Assembly (NCBI RefSeq): GCF_001194135.2
Contig: NC_068984.1
Location: 22,128,183 to 22,192,182 of the forward strand
From: Octopus bimaculoides
Lineage: Eukaryota
Direction: 5' to 3'
Length of the DNA stretch: 64,000 nucleotides
This document shows, piece after piece, positions 48,471 through 63,974 of this stretch. The position numbers and the translations under genes are program-made. The notes under the pieces are model-generated. The model searched no databases, was not told the origin of the DNA, and saw nothing but the letters and a program-made list of their open reading frames with translations. Numbering within the stretch: position 1 is the stretch's first letter; the number at the start of each line of letters is the position of its first letter.

Positions 48471-51400
48471 ACACACACATACACACGCACACAATTCAAG
48501 ATCAGCAGCCCTCTTTCACACGCACATGCATACTCTTTTACACACGCGCACCTTCGTTTTGGTATCACTACCACTTTGTTATCTCCCCTTCTTAGCTCTC
48601 CTGTGTGACCCTCTGTTTTTTTTGTGAATTCTCCTTTATATATATATATATATATATATAAAAATATATATATATATATATCAGTTGCTTCCATGTGATA
48701 GTTAGGGTTACTTACACCTCATCCACAGCACAAAAAAAGATGGATGTATATTGCTTCAAGAAGGTTGCCTTACATATTTGTACGTGTTTATTCGCACCTA
48801 CGTGCGTATATTTACTTGTATGTATGTTTCTGTATATGTATGCATTAGTGCATTTGAGTGTATTCATATTAGTGTGAGTGAGGTATGTGTAGGAAAAATA
48901 CTGCAATTGTGTTCGTGTGTTCTATTGTTTTTCTTCAGAGTTGAATTATGGGCCGTTTTTATGTGTTTTATGTTAGTTTTATTGTCCTTCTCCATTTTGT
49001 ATTTCCGCTATTCCTTTCATCTTGATAATTTTATTTTTGCTGCTGCTACTGGTTTACAAATTGCTCGCATTCTTTTAATATTTTCGGCTATTATTCTAGC
49101 AAACTGGAGTGAAACCAATTTTATCAGGTGTTAATTTATTTGCTTTAGAATTTGTTAAATATTCAAATTCTGAAAACGTGCTTTTACAGTATATATTATT
49201 TAAATCACAGTCTAGTGTACTTTTCTGTCGTTAATTATTTGGGGCGAAAAATAACTGTGGTATCATAGCAACGAGAAACAGTTCAAAGCTTTTATTTCTT
49301 AAAAAAAAGAATAAAAGTTCTTTATTCCTTTTTCCTGAATGAGATCAGGCCTCGAAGAAGAAGACAAAAAAATGCCGTTTAAAAGCAGAAAATTTAGCAA
49401 ATAAAATTCAAGAAAACTATGATATATAATTTAATTTCAAGTGGAATAACATTTTAATTTCACTGAAGTTAATTTAATTTTCCGTTTAATAGTGTCTTTC
49501 GAAACGGTGTTTTTTGCAGACACGAATACAGACACATACATACATACATACATACATACATACATGTGTGTATTTTGCATAGATTTCACGATTAAAAATA
49601 TTTTACAGCTAAGACAAAATCCCCCTCTGGCTGTTTAATCATCATAACAATTAGGAGCAGGTTTGAATTATATGTTCTACTATGGTGGTCAATGCTTTTA
49701 TGATGTCTAATAAACTAAAGCTCTACGTTAGATTTATTAATTTCTGAATGAATATATATTTATTACAATCTATTATTTTTTCTCGGTTCTCGCTTTTGAC
49801 GTCATTATAAACTGGTTATGTTTTTAAAACTGACCTGGCTTTCTTTATCTACACTAGGGCTAAGAATAAATAGGAACAATTAAGGCATTCGAACTATACG
49901 ATCACTTATTTCCTTGCTAAAAATCAAAATACTTATTTTCTTAACTCAAATATCATATTTATGTATTGAACTTTTTAATATTTTTTATGTATTTCATCAA
50001 TGCTTTATACAGAGAGTAATACAGTGCTTCTTAAAGTAAGCAGTAACGACCTCCTGGGGGCTAGTGGAAGATGTTATATAGGTAAGAGAGACAAAAAATA
50101 GGTAGAGGGCGACGGATGCTTCCGTACAAATTTTTTTATCGGTCTTTCACTCTTAGTTAAATATTATGATAAACTGTTTATCAGCCGCAGTAAAAACAAT
50201 TGCAACAGCAATAACAACGAAATCATTTCAGTAATAATAGACTTCGAAGAACAAATAAGTAAAACAAAACCGAATATGTATATATTCCCTTAGAATATTG
50301 TATTCAGTTGTCCTGTGTTTAGTAACGAGACGTGTCAAACTCGTACTCGGTTTTGAATTCTTCTGGTACGAAATTACGCATGTATATTAAGAATGGAATT
50401 GTGATGGGGTGTTGAAAATGTTTTAGTAAATGAAAAGGGGTGATGTTTAAAAAACTCTGGGAAGTTCTGCTTTTGCAGATGTGAATATTACTATAGTTAT
50501 TCTCCAAGACATATAGCAATGCGTTTCAAGTTTGTAAATGCATAGATGTTCATGTGTCTGATATTGTGGTGTTTGCCTTATGTTACTTATAGAAGGATAG
50601 CATAGTGTTCATATCTAATGGCTAATATGGAATTAGTTATTTAGTGAGTTACCCACAAAATAATATCGTAAAAGAATATTTTTTCTCGATTTAAGTTTAT
50701 ATGCATTTTTATTTTATTTTTTGTACACTTCTATAATTATCTCATTACATATTTAGATAATTATTTATTTATTTATTATTTATTTATTTTTAAAGACTAC
50801 ATTGTTTTGTATAATACACGGATAGTCATACAATACATGAGAATGTATGTGTGTGTACATTTAGATTTTCGCCGCGCTTTGCATAACGAAAGGTAGGGAG
50901 AGGAGCAAGACAGATTTGGTAAGATTCTTATTCGGAGAGAGAAAACTGTATATATTATATGAGTGAGTACGTTTGCATTTATGAATATTCGTGCTTATAC
51001 ACACACACATATATATATATATATCTACATGGATATGCATATATACACATATGCGCGTGTGTGTATGCGCGTGTGCGTTCGTTGTGTGTAGGTTTGGGGG
51101 TAGGTGATATGCGTGTAAGGATAAAAGGAAAACTAAAAAGAGGCGAATGCGATGCGCTATATTACATTCATACGGAAGGTGTTTGTGTGTGAAGATACCA
51201 TCTTCTACGTTTGTACAGTAATTATAGGTATAAGAGCATCTACGCATCTACATCTGTGTAAATATCAATGTAATCTAAAGTAAGACATTCAGAGAGGAAG
51301 AGAGAAAAGCGATAAAGACATATATGGTGTCTAAATGAACTGCGTTTTATCGATTGAATTTTCTGAAAGGCGAACATCTTGCAAGTGAGGCAGTCGAAGA

Positions 51401-51608
51401 TTATGGATTATTTATGTTAAAGAAAATCTAGTTTATTCAGATATTGTTGGTCAAATGTATAGCAACAGCTTGATGGGAATCGTGACGTTATATATTGCTT
51501 TATGTATTCAGTTCGATTTGAATGTTTATCAGTTAATCATTTCATCAATAAATACACATAAATATATCTAAAGGAAATTGTGTTGTTGCATTAACGAGTG
51601 CCATACGT

Positions 51609-51653
<45 letters not shown>

Positions 51654-51956
51654 GGGAGGGAGAGAGAGAGAAGGGAGTGAGAGAGGGGCGCAGTACAGTT
51701 ATATACACATGTATATGTGAGTGTGCATAGACATACACACAAACACGCGCATATGCGCGGGCGTGTATGTGTAATAGTATGTATGTTTGCAGGCGTCTGT
51801 TGTCCATAGTTCCAAACTCGTTCCCGGGAATGTAGTAGAAGCCACTTTCCAAAGGTGCCAGTACTGGATATTACGTATTTATAGATATACATTTACATAC
51901 ATACATACACAAAATCACATACATACGTATCATATATACATATATATCATATATAC

Positions 51957-52001
<45 letters not shown>

Positions 52002-52078
52002 GATAGATAGATAAATCATGCTTATATATTTTTATATATATATTTATCATACGTAAATACACAATGTATACATTTCTT

Positions 52079-52117
<39 letters not shown>

Positions 52118-55100
52118 CAACCATATACATACACGCATAGAAGCATATGCACATCCAAGCAAATCTATACATATAAACGTAGCGTAGAGTCGGTAAAGCA
52201 TTGCGTGATATATTTATGTATATTCTTTTTATTGATTGCATTAATTATGAGCGATGCTTACATAATCACATTGACTTCTCTATTAATTTTAGTGTGACAC
52301 TTATTTCATCTATGCATCGTTATTACTTTGCATTATTGTGAATACTTCAACAGTTATCAGTATGACTATGTAAATAAGTATGCGTATGTCTGATTTTAAA
52401 TGCATGCGTGTAGAACAGAGTCCCCAATAAGTAGGTATTATGTAAATATCTGTATAACTTACGCTTCTAAATGTTTGTGCATAGATGTAGAAGTATGTGT
52501 GTGTGTATTATTCTATGCATAACTGAACTTCAATATATAAGCGTCAAGCTAATACGTCTTGTTGTCCGTTAATTTACTATATATATCTATGTATATGTTA
52601 CTTTTGAAAGATTGTGGTGATAGAGTTTGCTTAAACATCACATTTATTAATATATAATGAGCATATATGCGTGTGCCTAAGTGTACTTTCCAATTATTGT
52701 ACACATGTGTGTGTGTGTGTCTAAGGGCAATTTTAACAATTATTGTGCGTGGAGTGTCACAGACAAATACAAATAGTGATGTCAACATATGCAGAAGCAC
52801 ACATAAGCACTCACTTATTATACACTGAAATATACCGAAATATTTCTCACTGCATGTTTAAGATATGGGCTTTGATATATATTTCTTGGGATAAGTTGCT
52901 CTCTTCTACAGAGAAAAAGGTGCAGAGAAAGACTGCAAGAATAATTGAGAATAAGAATAATTGTGCATGTCTAAACTTCAACGATAGAGAGAGAGATAGA
53001 GAGAAATAGAATGGGGTGAAGCAGAAAGATGTAAGATAGGCGTACGCACATTGGCACGTACATTCATAGATAAATAAAGATGGATAAATATATATTATTT
53101 TAGTAATTTTATCTGTTTTGAAATAAATAATAACACTAATATCAACAAACACCACCACCACAATAATAATAACAAAACAAAAATAATAATTATGATATCT
53201 CACATTGGCATGAGGCCACATATTTGGTGGTGGGGTAGGTGCTGAGGTGGTACTGGTAGTGAGGATACATTGTTATTGTGATAGTGTTTCACAATAAGGC
53301 CTGAATCATGCTGCCTATATATGTATCTGCATATCGAACATTACCTGCGGCTTTTTATGGTGTGGCTTTGTACTGTTCCTTTTCTGTGCATATTCAATAA
53401 TGTTGGCATAGTTTCAGCATATAGATTCTCCAGCTCTTCTACTAGGTGGAGGGTTTTTTTGTGTATATATTATGGTAGCTAAGATTGAGTAACCTGAAAG
53501 TATGTGATTGTGAAATATTTTTACATCTTCTGCAATCATTTATTTGATACCGTGCTCCATTGAGTGAATTTGGTAATTTTCAAATCGTATGAATTTCATT
53601 TTAGTTTACGTCTTGAACTTAAACAAAAACTCAGTACTTGCTGTTAGCCTTTTTCCCGTCTTTCACTTCTTTTCCCAGTCATATATTGGTCATGAACAGG
53701 CTTTTCTTACTAAAGAATAAAATTTTGCACTGCTGTTACTTTAAAAGAATTCTGCTTCTGTTTCTCCACGTTCTTCATGACTGAAATTTACCACAGTCTA
53801 TGTTATATACTTATTGCCATTTATCAAGAATAAAACCAATTACTTTAGCTTATTTGTTTTGTGATAATTTTTGTATCGTTTTCTGTTCGTTATTTCCTCG
53901 ATATCTTGTTGTCATGTAGCAGCCTTTGAATTTTAGTGAAAAAGAAAAATCTTCATTTGTTCAGATTTATGTTTGTATCTGTCAATAAATGCATGATTGT
54001 AGTGAAAATTATAGTTTCCCCAAATGCTTTAGTAGTGAACTAAACTACTAGGAACGTCTTAATACTACTTTATTAAGCGTTAACCATTATATCAAGTGAT
54101 GGGAGTTTGTGTGTGAAATAAAGGAATTCAACCCTTTAAACTTTGGGCGCATAGCTGATGCTTACATATAAAGATCAGTACCACAAGTAAATTTGTAGTA
54201 GTAAATTTATTATCGAAATGTCTAAATTTGATTCATATATTCGTAGTCTGTGAGTTTAGTAGTCATTATTAAGCAACATTTATTTTGAATCTTTAAAAGA
54301 AAATCATTTCACACAGCTTGCTAATATCTCGACGTAGCTGGGTTAATGGTAATAACTAATATAAAGAAATGTGAACGACCTCAGTAATGTAAAAATAGTG
54401 TAATGAGCAACTAGAGAGATTGTAAATCAGCATAGGGCTATGATTTCTGAAAATGTAGCGTCGTAATGACTATAGAATTGAATTTAAGGAATGAAACAAA
54501 CTCTCAGGTCAGATGCATATATATTTATTTAAACTAAGCTCTTTTATTGTCGGGTCTTTACAGTTTCAAACGAGTATTAATAAAGCTAAAGTTATCTTTA
54601 GTTATTCATTATCTCTTTCGTTCCTATGAATTTACCAATTTATTCTCTTAGAAACACAATTTAGTTATTAAATTAAAGAAGGGAGTTTGTTATCGGTAAA
54701 TTTTGTGGTTTATAATTATATGATCCGCGTGTAGAAAATGCCTTCATCGACATTGTTACAACGAAGATTAAGTAGAATATAACCTTCAGTTTTAAAGACA
54801 TACTAAAATAATTAGATAAAGGTTCTTGATGTTTATCTAACCTATATGTTTTAGTAACCACTTTACAAAAGTAATAAAGAGAAAAAAATAATAAAAAGGA
54901 AGAAACTGAAACAGTGTTGTTAGCTGCACACTAAATGCATTAAGATGTCAAAATAATGTTTTATGCACTGAAATCAGCCAGTGGCAATGGAAGAAGGCAT
55001 ATGTTAGTAGTTTTATTGATCACAACAGTAAAAGTAGAAATAAGATGTTGAGTAGTCTCGTCTGCTAACAAAGTGAATATCTATATTAGAAAAAAAAAAA

Positions 55101-55499
55101 TAACAGGTGTTAGAAATATCAAGTTTCATTTTGTCTTACTATGTGTTAGAATTGAATTTGTTATTTGTGAATGCATATAAATTTTTAAAATGTGTACAAG
55201 AAATTCATTTAGGGATACATGTAATTGTTCCCTTTTAAAAGTAACTTAATTATATAGACATCTGACAGGTTTCATAGTAAGCCTCATCTTTTTTCTGAGG
55301 TATTTTAACATAGCTATCTTCTGTCAAAACATAACTTATTCATACATTTCTTGAATCATAACAAGAGTGCTATTTCCGTGAAATTATATATTCTTTGTTT
55401 GATTTACAATTCCATGCAACTATCAAAAGATTTAGAACCGACTGTTCAAAGACAAAAAAATGAATAAAAATAGAAAAACAATAATAATTGCAGTTGCAT

Positions 55500-55990
55500 T
55501 GCAAGCTTTAAAATCGAAAGCTATTGAATTTGAAATAGCTTGACATTTGATGTAGTTGAATTTCAAGTGGTCAAATTGTAAATCCATTAAACTATGAAAT
55601 AAGTTTGAAACTGTTGAAATCTGGTTCAATTTTATCGCACTTGACTTCTAATATCATTGAGTATTAAAACCACGGAAATTATGAAACTATTGAAGTCTAA
55701 TGCAGTTGAAACCTAATTTGTTAAATTCTAAAAAGAAAGACGTGTAATGCGTTTGAGTAATTCAAGTCGAAAGTGTTTGAAATCTAAATAAGTGTACATC
55801 TAAAGTAATTGAAGTAGCTGAAATATATAAAACTTGAATTCTGAGGCTGTTGAATTCGAACACCACTGAGGTGTAAAACCATTGAAATATAATGTGTAGA
55901 GTCATTGAAGTTTAAAGGTAGTGAAATCTAAGACTGTGGACGTCAAAAGACTTTGCGCCGTAAAGCCTGTTGAAATCTTGCAAATGAATT
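55500..55990. repeat. Decayed ~16-bp tandem repeat (consensus about ctgttgaaatctaa..)
   Basis: Recurrent ttgaa(a/g)tct-like cores, locally spaced 15-17 bp. Confidence 0.6.
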
Positions 55991-58900
55991 CTACTCAAAT
56001 TTAAGAATAAGCGCCAGTGTTTTCCTTCAATGCCGAAATACTTGTATAGTTGAATCTTATCTTAACGACTGAAGAAATATGTTAAAGGAAACTTGATACG
56101 ACTGGTACTAGACAAAGCACTTGAAATTTAACTGCAAACAGCATTAGTGCATAAAGGTCTTGTTGTTCCAATGAATGATACCATAATGCAAAACTTTCAC
56201 TCATTGAACCAAAAAGAGAGTCTTTGTAGTCGTTCTACAAACTAGAAATAACAGCCAGCAATTCTCTCTTTTAAATCATGCTGTGCTGTTTTTAATAAAA
56301 ACAGAAGACCTATTCATACTGTAATTAGATAAACCATGTGTATTGACGTGATAGTTACAGCTACGATATAGCTTATCAAATGTCTAATCGCCCAGATCTA
56401 TTGTCATATGATATCTCTGTTATTGTATGCGCCTTCATACGGTCATCTTTTCTCCACGCTTTCATCTTTATAATACTCGCATTATATTATCATCTGCGAT
56501 AAAAATTAAATCGAAAGAAACTATACTTGTTCTGCGTTGGCAAGTCTTGTATTATTTAGCAAACCCAACAAAAATATAGTGAACTTGCTCTTCGGATTGA
56601 AAAATCCAACATTTTAGACAGAGTCCTTGTTCAGGGAAAAGTTCATTGGAGTGAATTTTAATATTGTCACCTGTAGCTCTACACATTTCTAAGTGAATGG
56701 TAATACTCTTTAATCAATCACCCTTCTTCAGTCAGGTAGGCTTTGTTACAACTCAACTCTTTCACTTGCCATTTTAATTGGGAAACTAGTCTCAGCTTGA
56801 AAAATGTGACAGGTATTGGAGAAAATTCTATATTATAGAACCTCTCATCTACAGAACACAGAAACTTAGAACAAGAAATATGTATTCTTTTGTGTAAAAA
56901 AAACTCGTCACATCAACTCTCTCCAAACATTGGTAAAAAGTTGACTGTTAACTATCTTCTTGTAAAATCTTGCCTTTTCTGGATTTTGTAGTTATCTAAG
57001 CTACTGCATTAAGTATCATACATTAACGGTTATTTTAATCTACTTCTGTTATATACAGCTGGTTTTTATTCAACCAAACGGCTACTTCCAACACCGGTGA
57101 TTCACTGTATTCGTAAATATCGGAGAGACGGATTTCGGCTAAGCACACTATTGATAGATTCTAAGGGAGCAAAAATGTATCTGCGTTTCCATTTGCCACT
57201 GTCGAGACGAATTCCGTATCCTTCCGATATATACTTTGTCATTTTACATCCACCATATCCGCGCTCTCAGACACTGTCCTAAATAATTTCCCAAATCTAT
57301 CCTCCACACAACTGTGTCATTCTTTTTCCGGAGCTCGTTTCTTGCAATCGTTTCTCTCCCTCTAGGAATACGTATACATACTGTTGGGTATAGTACAGCA
57401 TCGCCATTTACACTGTCTAAGGTAACAAACTAGTAGTATAAAGAAAGCCTCATAAATCTTGTTTACAAATATACCTTAAAAAAAGATCAAACAACTGTAA
57501 TCTTGTTAAGTAACGCATAAATACAATCAAGATACACTACATTATTCCAGTAAAAGCCAATTTTCTGTCACGTTTCCATGATTAATTTTCTTAATTAAAA
57601 AAAAAATAAGTCCCATGTTTGAAAGTTATCATTTATTAGAGTATTCCTTAGTTGCCCTCTATATTAACACATATACATATATAATTAAAAAAAAAATTTT
57701 CGACTCAGGAAATTGTAAAAAAGGAAAATTGCTGTTGGGGTTGTGTTCTGTAAGATTAATAATACTTCTACGGATGTTTTTTATCGATTATACTTTTCTT
57801 TTTCTATTGTTATTTATTCTACTGATAAAACTTTGAAAATTGTTTAAGATAGAGGTTTGATTATTATATTATGTCTCACTTTCATGTTCGATAAATGAGG
57901 TTAACTGAATCAAATATTTAGAAAGGCTTAATTAGTTCACAGTGTGATTAATACTTGCTATCAAAGTGTGTGTTGACAATCGTATCTGTATTTCTATATA
58001 TTTAGCCGAGGTTTGATAATTCGAAAGCACATTCTTTTGTTATGTAAAATATACAATCAATTGTTAAATGCAGATAAGTCACCGACAAAATTTTATGGAA
58101 ACATAATAATCTATTTCTGTACGCGCGCTCACGCATACACACACACGTGTAAATGTAATATGAATGCGAATACACATAAAATACCTTACATCTGCTTGTA
58201 TTTATATAATGTGTCTGTCAAGCCAGACACATTATAAGGATATGATAATTTACACAATAATACGCTAATACTTATATTTAAGCATCAATAGAAAACCTTC
58301 TGATACGTTCATTGTATGCATGCAAGCGTACTTAATAAATATGAATACATCTATATAATGTTTATGTACGTACGTACGTATGTATGTGTAACGTGTAGGC
58401 TGTCACATCTATTGCCCTAGGTAGAATATAATCTTTAATCAATTGAAATTCGAACCATAGTGAGAAGTATATTCGTTAGTGTAGGGAGTGAAACCATAAA
58501 ATTAAAATTGATCACGAATTAAATCAAGACGTAGAGGAGTTATCTTAGTTCCTACATATCTTTTCATATGTATGTGTATATTTATTTTTTATTTTCATAT
58601 GTACGTGTATATTTTCATTATGATTATATTTTTTATCAGTATATATATATATATATATATCTATGTATGTATGTATACGGGCACACACACATTCGCATTC
58701 ATGTATACATACAAGCAAACATATAATCATTCTTTGCTCATATACGCTATAAGTATCTAAACTTATAAATCGAATGATATTGATCCGATGATCCGATGCG
58801 ATGCAAAGGAAAGCAGGAGATGGAATTCCACTAAACTAAGGTCTATGTATAGTGAAATAAATGGAAGTGAGTGAAATACAAAAGAAGCGTCGATAGAATG

Positions 58901-59539
58901 AAATGAAATACTGTGGGACATGCAGTGTAGATTGATTTCATCTACTATAACATTGTAAATGTCAAGACAGAAATTTGCGACAAACAAGGAAATAGCGCTA
59001 ACCTTAGTAATTTCCTTTTTTAAATGGCTTTGGGAGATTTTTTTTCGCATTTCTTATTATATTCAGCGTGAATGATAAAATACAGATAAAATTTTAATAC
59101 AAAAAATATATATATTTGAGACGAGAAAGTATATAAAATGTTAAGTAAATTAAAAAAAAAACTGTTTAAATATATATATATAAAATATATATAGATGAAT
59201 AATAAATATAGACACTTTATACCGCAGAGAATAAAATCCATATGTACATTTCTGCAAAGCAGGCTTGTGCATTACTACATACTTCTATCGATATATACAG
59301 GATGATTCAGTATCCCTTTAGCTTCTAAAAAATAGATGCTATTCTATTTTTTTTTACTTTGTTACAAATGGTATTTTATATATCTTTACTATTATTTCTT
59401 TTTCCTACTTATCCTATCTTATTCTGGATACGATTTATTACATATACTCTGTATTCATTCTATAAAAAAATGTAATCAAAGATGAGAAAATATTCATTGT
59501 CCCTACGAAACGGCACAGTATAATGGTAATCCTGCTCAC

Positions 59540-59810
59540 TTGTCTGGGTGTACATTAGATCAAACTGCCCGTGTATCTCCAGCTGGCATCAGTAAGAACG
59601 GTAGTAGAGCAGCTATCTTGAAATCTCTCTGAGGCGTGACAGTCAACAATAGGGGAGGGATTGAGGCAGGGGTGGGAAAAGAATACAGTGAGGAGATGAG
59701 TGAAGACTGCACTGAAGAGAAGGGAAGTATTAAGAGAAGCCAAAGAATGAATGGACGAGGGGCGCTTTATGTTAATACAGAAGAACTCTTGAATTACTCT
59801 GCACTGAAAC
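59540..59810 (-). mobile_element. Possible L2/CR1 LINE 3' fragment
   Basis: Purine-rich plus strand; the minus strand loosely resembles an L2 ORF2 C-terminal region. Weak. Confidence 0.25.
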
Positions 59811-59962
59811 ACACGTACATAAATGTATAAGTATATAGGTAGGTACGCCTGTGTGAGTGTGTGAGATTGTGCACATGTTTATAATTATTTACAGACATTT
59901 ACACGCATATGTATGTATGATACATACAGTCGCACACAAATACCTCTCTCTCTCTCTCTCTG

Positions 59963-60163
59963 TACTCTTTTATCCTTTTACTTGTTTCAGTCATTTGATT
60001 GTGGCCAAGCTGGAGCACCGCCTCAAAAGTTCTTTTAGTTGAGCAAATCAACCACAAGAGTTATTTTTAAAATCTAGTACTTATTCTAACGGTCTATTTT
60101 GCCGGGCCGGTGGGTTACAGGTTATCAAGCGGTGATGGGGGACAAACACACATACACACACAC

Positions 60164-60256
<93 letters not shown>

Positions 60257-60414
60257 CGAGGGGGTTTCTTCCAGTTTCTGTTTTCTAAATCCACTCACAA
60301 TTCTTTGGTCGGCCCGAGTAGACGACACTTGCACAAGGTGCCACGCAGTGGGACTGAACTCGGAACTATGAGGCTGGAAAGTAAGTTACTTACCACATAG
60401 CCACCCCTGTGCCT
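59963..60414 (-). mobile_element. SINE family A, near full-length
   Basis: Tail tactcttttatccttttacttgtttcagtc through head taccacatagccacccctgtgcct. Confidence 0.9.
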
Positions 60415-60500
60415 ATACATTCAGTCAGATATATATTAGCATATATAAAGAAGAAACGATATTTATGCATATGAGCATGTGTGTAACTGTGTGTATCAAA

Positions 60501-60571
<71 letters not shown>

Positions 60572-60852
60572 TTGTGTATACATATACACTGAGGTAAACA
60601 GATACAATTACATAGTGACACAGAATATAATGATACAGAAGATAGGTATAGCGTTAGCGGACTGATAGAATTAAAGGCTTGATAGACGTCATACGTGTGA
60701 ACTATGTATCAAAACTTCTGAAAACAGAACTAATGAGGTATCAACTACGCAGTCACCAGAAAGGATAACAAATTGTTAACAACGAATACTGTATCCATTT
60801 AAAAAGAAAAGGACACATTCGATATGTAGTTTTAAGTATTCCATGCTTATGA

Positions 60853-61017
60853 GGTGCAGGCGTAGCTGTATCGTAAGAAGCTTGCTTCCCAACAACATGG
60901 TTCCAGCAAGGTTCGATCCCACTTCGTGGTAGCTTCTACAGGTGTCTTCTACTATACTCTCGGGCTGACCAAAGCTTTGTGAGTGGATTTGGAAGAGAGA
61001 AACTGAAAGAAACCTGT

Positions 61018-61020
<3 letters not shown>
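60853..61020 (+). mobile_element. SINE family A, 5' half
   Basis: ggtgcaggcgtagctgt...ggttcgatccc (B box)...gaaactgaaagaaacctgt, then (TA/TG)n. Confidence 0.85.
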
Positions 61021-61060
<40 letters not shown>

Positions 61061-63625
61061 ATGTGTATGTGTGTGTGTGTATTTACATACGTATGCTTAC
61101 GTACAATAGATGCATGCATATAGTTTCCTTCATATATATATGTGTGTGTGTTTGTAAACTAACAAAAATTCGTTTTTTATTGGAAGCGTCGAAATGTGTA
61201 TTGTACGATACAAATAACAAGCTCCTTTTTCGAAAGCAGAGTTACCCTTAGAACAGCAGAAATACTGGGTAAATTACCCTTATAAGGCGCAACAATTTGT
61301 CAACAATCAGCCATGGGACTCGTTTCCATATCCCTCAAAGGCTCCAGCTAAGTGCTTTACCATTAAGCTAAACTGCCCCTTGACAAATTCATCTGCCAAA
61401 TTAAACACTAAAACATTTAGTTCTATAAGGCTAAACAATTTTGCTTTATAGAATAACTATGTGTGTATAAATGTAAACACACACACACACACACACACAC
61501 AGAGAAGAATTTTGCTCACAAAGAGGTTATATTAAGGACATGGAGATTATTCTAGTCAGTGCCTATATGACAACAAACCACTCGCAAAATGGTGTGTTTA
61601 CGTCTCTGAAAGATAAACGTACATTTTTGCTGAATTTTGGCTATGAAGCATCATGAGAATGATGTTACGATAGATAAAATTGTCATCGCAGGATTTTACA
61701 GTCTAACTTCTTTGCACATTTATACTTTATTCCACGCATGCTGTCTTTGACTTCGTTTTTGTATTTTACTATCGCGAATAACTTTATATTACAAAAGTTA
61801 AATTAGCTTAACTGAAATGATTTATCTGTATATCATTTTCGAATTGTTAAATCAGTATTAGCTCCGTTTCTGTTTATCGATTGCGTAATCGTATCCAATT
61901 TTGATGAGCCATGTCTTGCACTGCTAGAGCTGTTTTTGACTTTGTCATTGGTCGGTTCAATAATCTGTTCTGTAGATTACATCATTTACAATTAGTTTTG
62001 CTACTAGTATCATCCTACGTAATTCAAAAACTGTTATTTTAAACTTCGAGACGCTAATGACATTTTGATATATTCGAGAGTTTTATAGTTATATTTTCTT
62101 TTCTGATATCTGAAGAATATCATTCTCCATGTATTTATTTGTTAGTTATTATGCTGTTTATATTTTTTATTCTACATTCTACTAGTGTGGACTATTTTAT
62201 TCTGATGCATGTATTTCTGTTACTGTTGTATCGTTGAATATTTACACAGTCTGCAGTCCAAACCAGATTGTAGAATAGATTTATTTTGGTTGAGCAATAT
62301 GACATACTCACAATTTTCCTGATAAGCTTGCGTATCCAGGAACCGTTTATGGAAGGGACAGTACATTGGCTCACATTGTATTTACATATTTTATTCGGTA
62401 ATCCTGATGTCTATCAGTTGGGACATTGTATTGCTTATTTAAATATTGTGGAACGAGTTCATATCTTGCGTGTTTTTGAATTTAACGTTTCGTTCATAGC
62501 TACCGTATACCCTTTCGCAATGCTGCTGTCTGGCGCGCGCGTGCGTGCGTGCGTGTGTCTGTGTGTGTGTGTACATATGAGTATATATGGATAACCAATA
62601 AAGATTAGAATAGTAACTGGTTACTCATCGTAGTGAAATAAATCAGACACACCGTCAGATAGATTGCCACACACACCCACACACATAATACATACACATA
62701 TGCATGCACACACGTAAATAGGCTGACTTCTAAATAAGCAAATCTTATGACAGACACAACATGTGTGTGTGTGTGTGTGTGCGCGTGTGTGTGTGTGTGC
62801 GTGCGTGCGTGTTGCAAAGAGACTGTAAATCACATATTACAAAAAGTGAAAGCAAAATAGAATCTATAAGGAAATATCAAAGCGTACTAAAACTATAAAA
62901 GACCACAGGAAATATATCAAATCTTAAAGTATAGGTGTAATATAATTATGTTAAACAAACCCTAACCTTACAATACTTTATTGTATTACATACAAGTCTA
63001 ATTTAATTTTGCGTCTATCTAAATCTCTCTGAGTAGACATTTTGTTTTTCTTCTTTTCCCTATGATACCATAAATTTTTAAATCAAATTGCTTGCCGTAC
63101 TTATTTTGAGAATGGATCTCTTCCAGGATACCTAACACTTCAATTGCTACTGCACATATTTTTGTTGTTTGTGCACTTATTTATCGTTTTATTATTTTTA
63201 TTTTCTTAGCTGTTAATGTTGTTGTTGTTGGAAGTAACTAATAGCTTTACTAGCAGCAGCGAAATGCCTAAAGGGACGGCTGAAACATTCATTTTTAAAA
63301 TTCTAAATACGTTCAGTGAATTATGCTTCTCTTCGATTATGTTTTTCATTATATTTTCTTTTCTTTCATTTGTCTATTGTGCTGCTGCTGTTGTTTTTAT
63401 TACTAATATTATGGTTGTCATTATTGATTTTGTTGTTGTTATCTTGCTGCTACGCTTTGAGATTATATTTTTTCTTTCAAATTTAATTTTATTCATCTGC
63501 AGACATATACTCATCGAAATATGCGCGTGCATAAACACTCATCTATCTTTCATTCCCCCTTTCTTCTACTTCTCAGCATTGAGTATGTGTATACATACTT
63601 ATACATGCATATATATATATATATA

Positions 63626-63679
<54 letters not shown>

Positions 63680-63680
63680 A

Positions 63681-63898
63681 TTTTTTACTTGTTTCAGTCA
63701 TTAGACTGCAGGGGCACCGCCTTGAATCTTTAGTCGATAGAATGGCCCCCAGTGGTTATTTTTTAAGCCTGGTACTTATTATATCGGTCCATTCTGCCGA
63801 ACCGTTAAATTACGGGGACGTAAACACACCAACACCGGTTGTCAAAAGGTGATGGAGGACAAACAAAGACACACACATATATACATGTGTGTGTGTAT

Positions 63899-63929
<31 letters not shown>

Positions 63930-63934
63930 CATAA

Positions 63935-63974
<40 letters not shown>

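Noticed and set aside
50330-50392. Minus-strand CAGAAGA...GACACGUC hammerhead-like string
   Set aside because: Two core substitutions and no stem I pairing.
56900-57420. Possible LINE RT remnant on the minus strand
   Set aside because: Only vague motif resemblance; could not place ordered RT motifs.
61-63733. Numerous [16 protein letters not shown] ORFs in the track
   Set aside because: They are dinucleotide repeats lacking stop codons, with no domain content.
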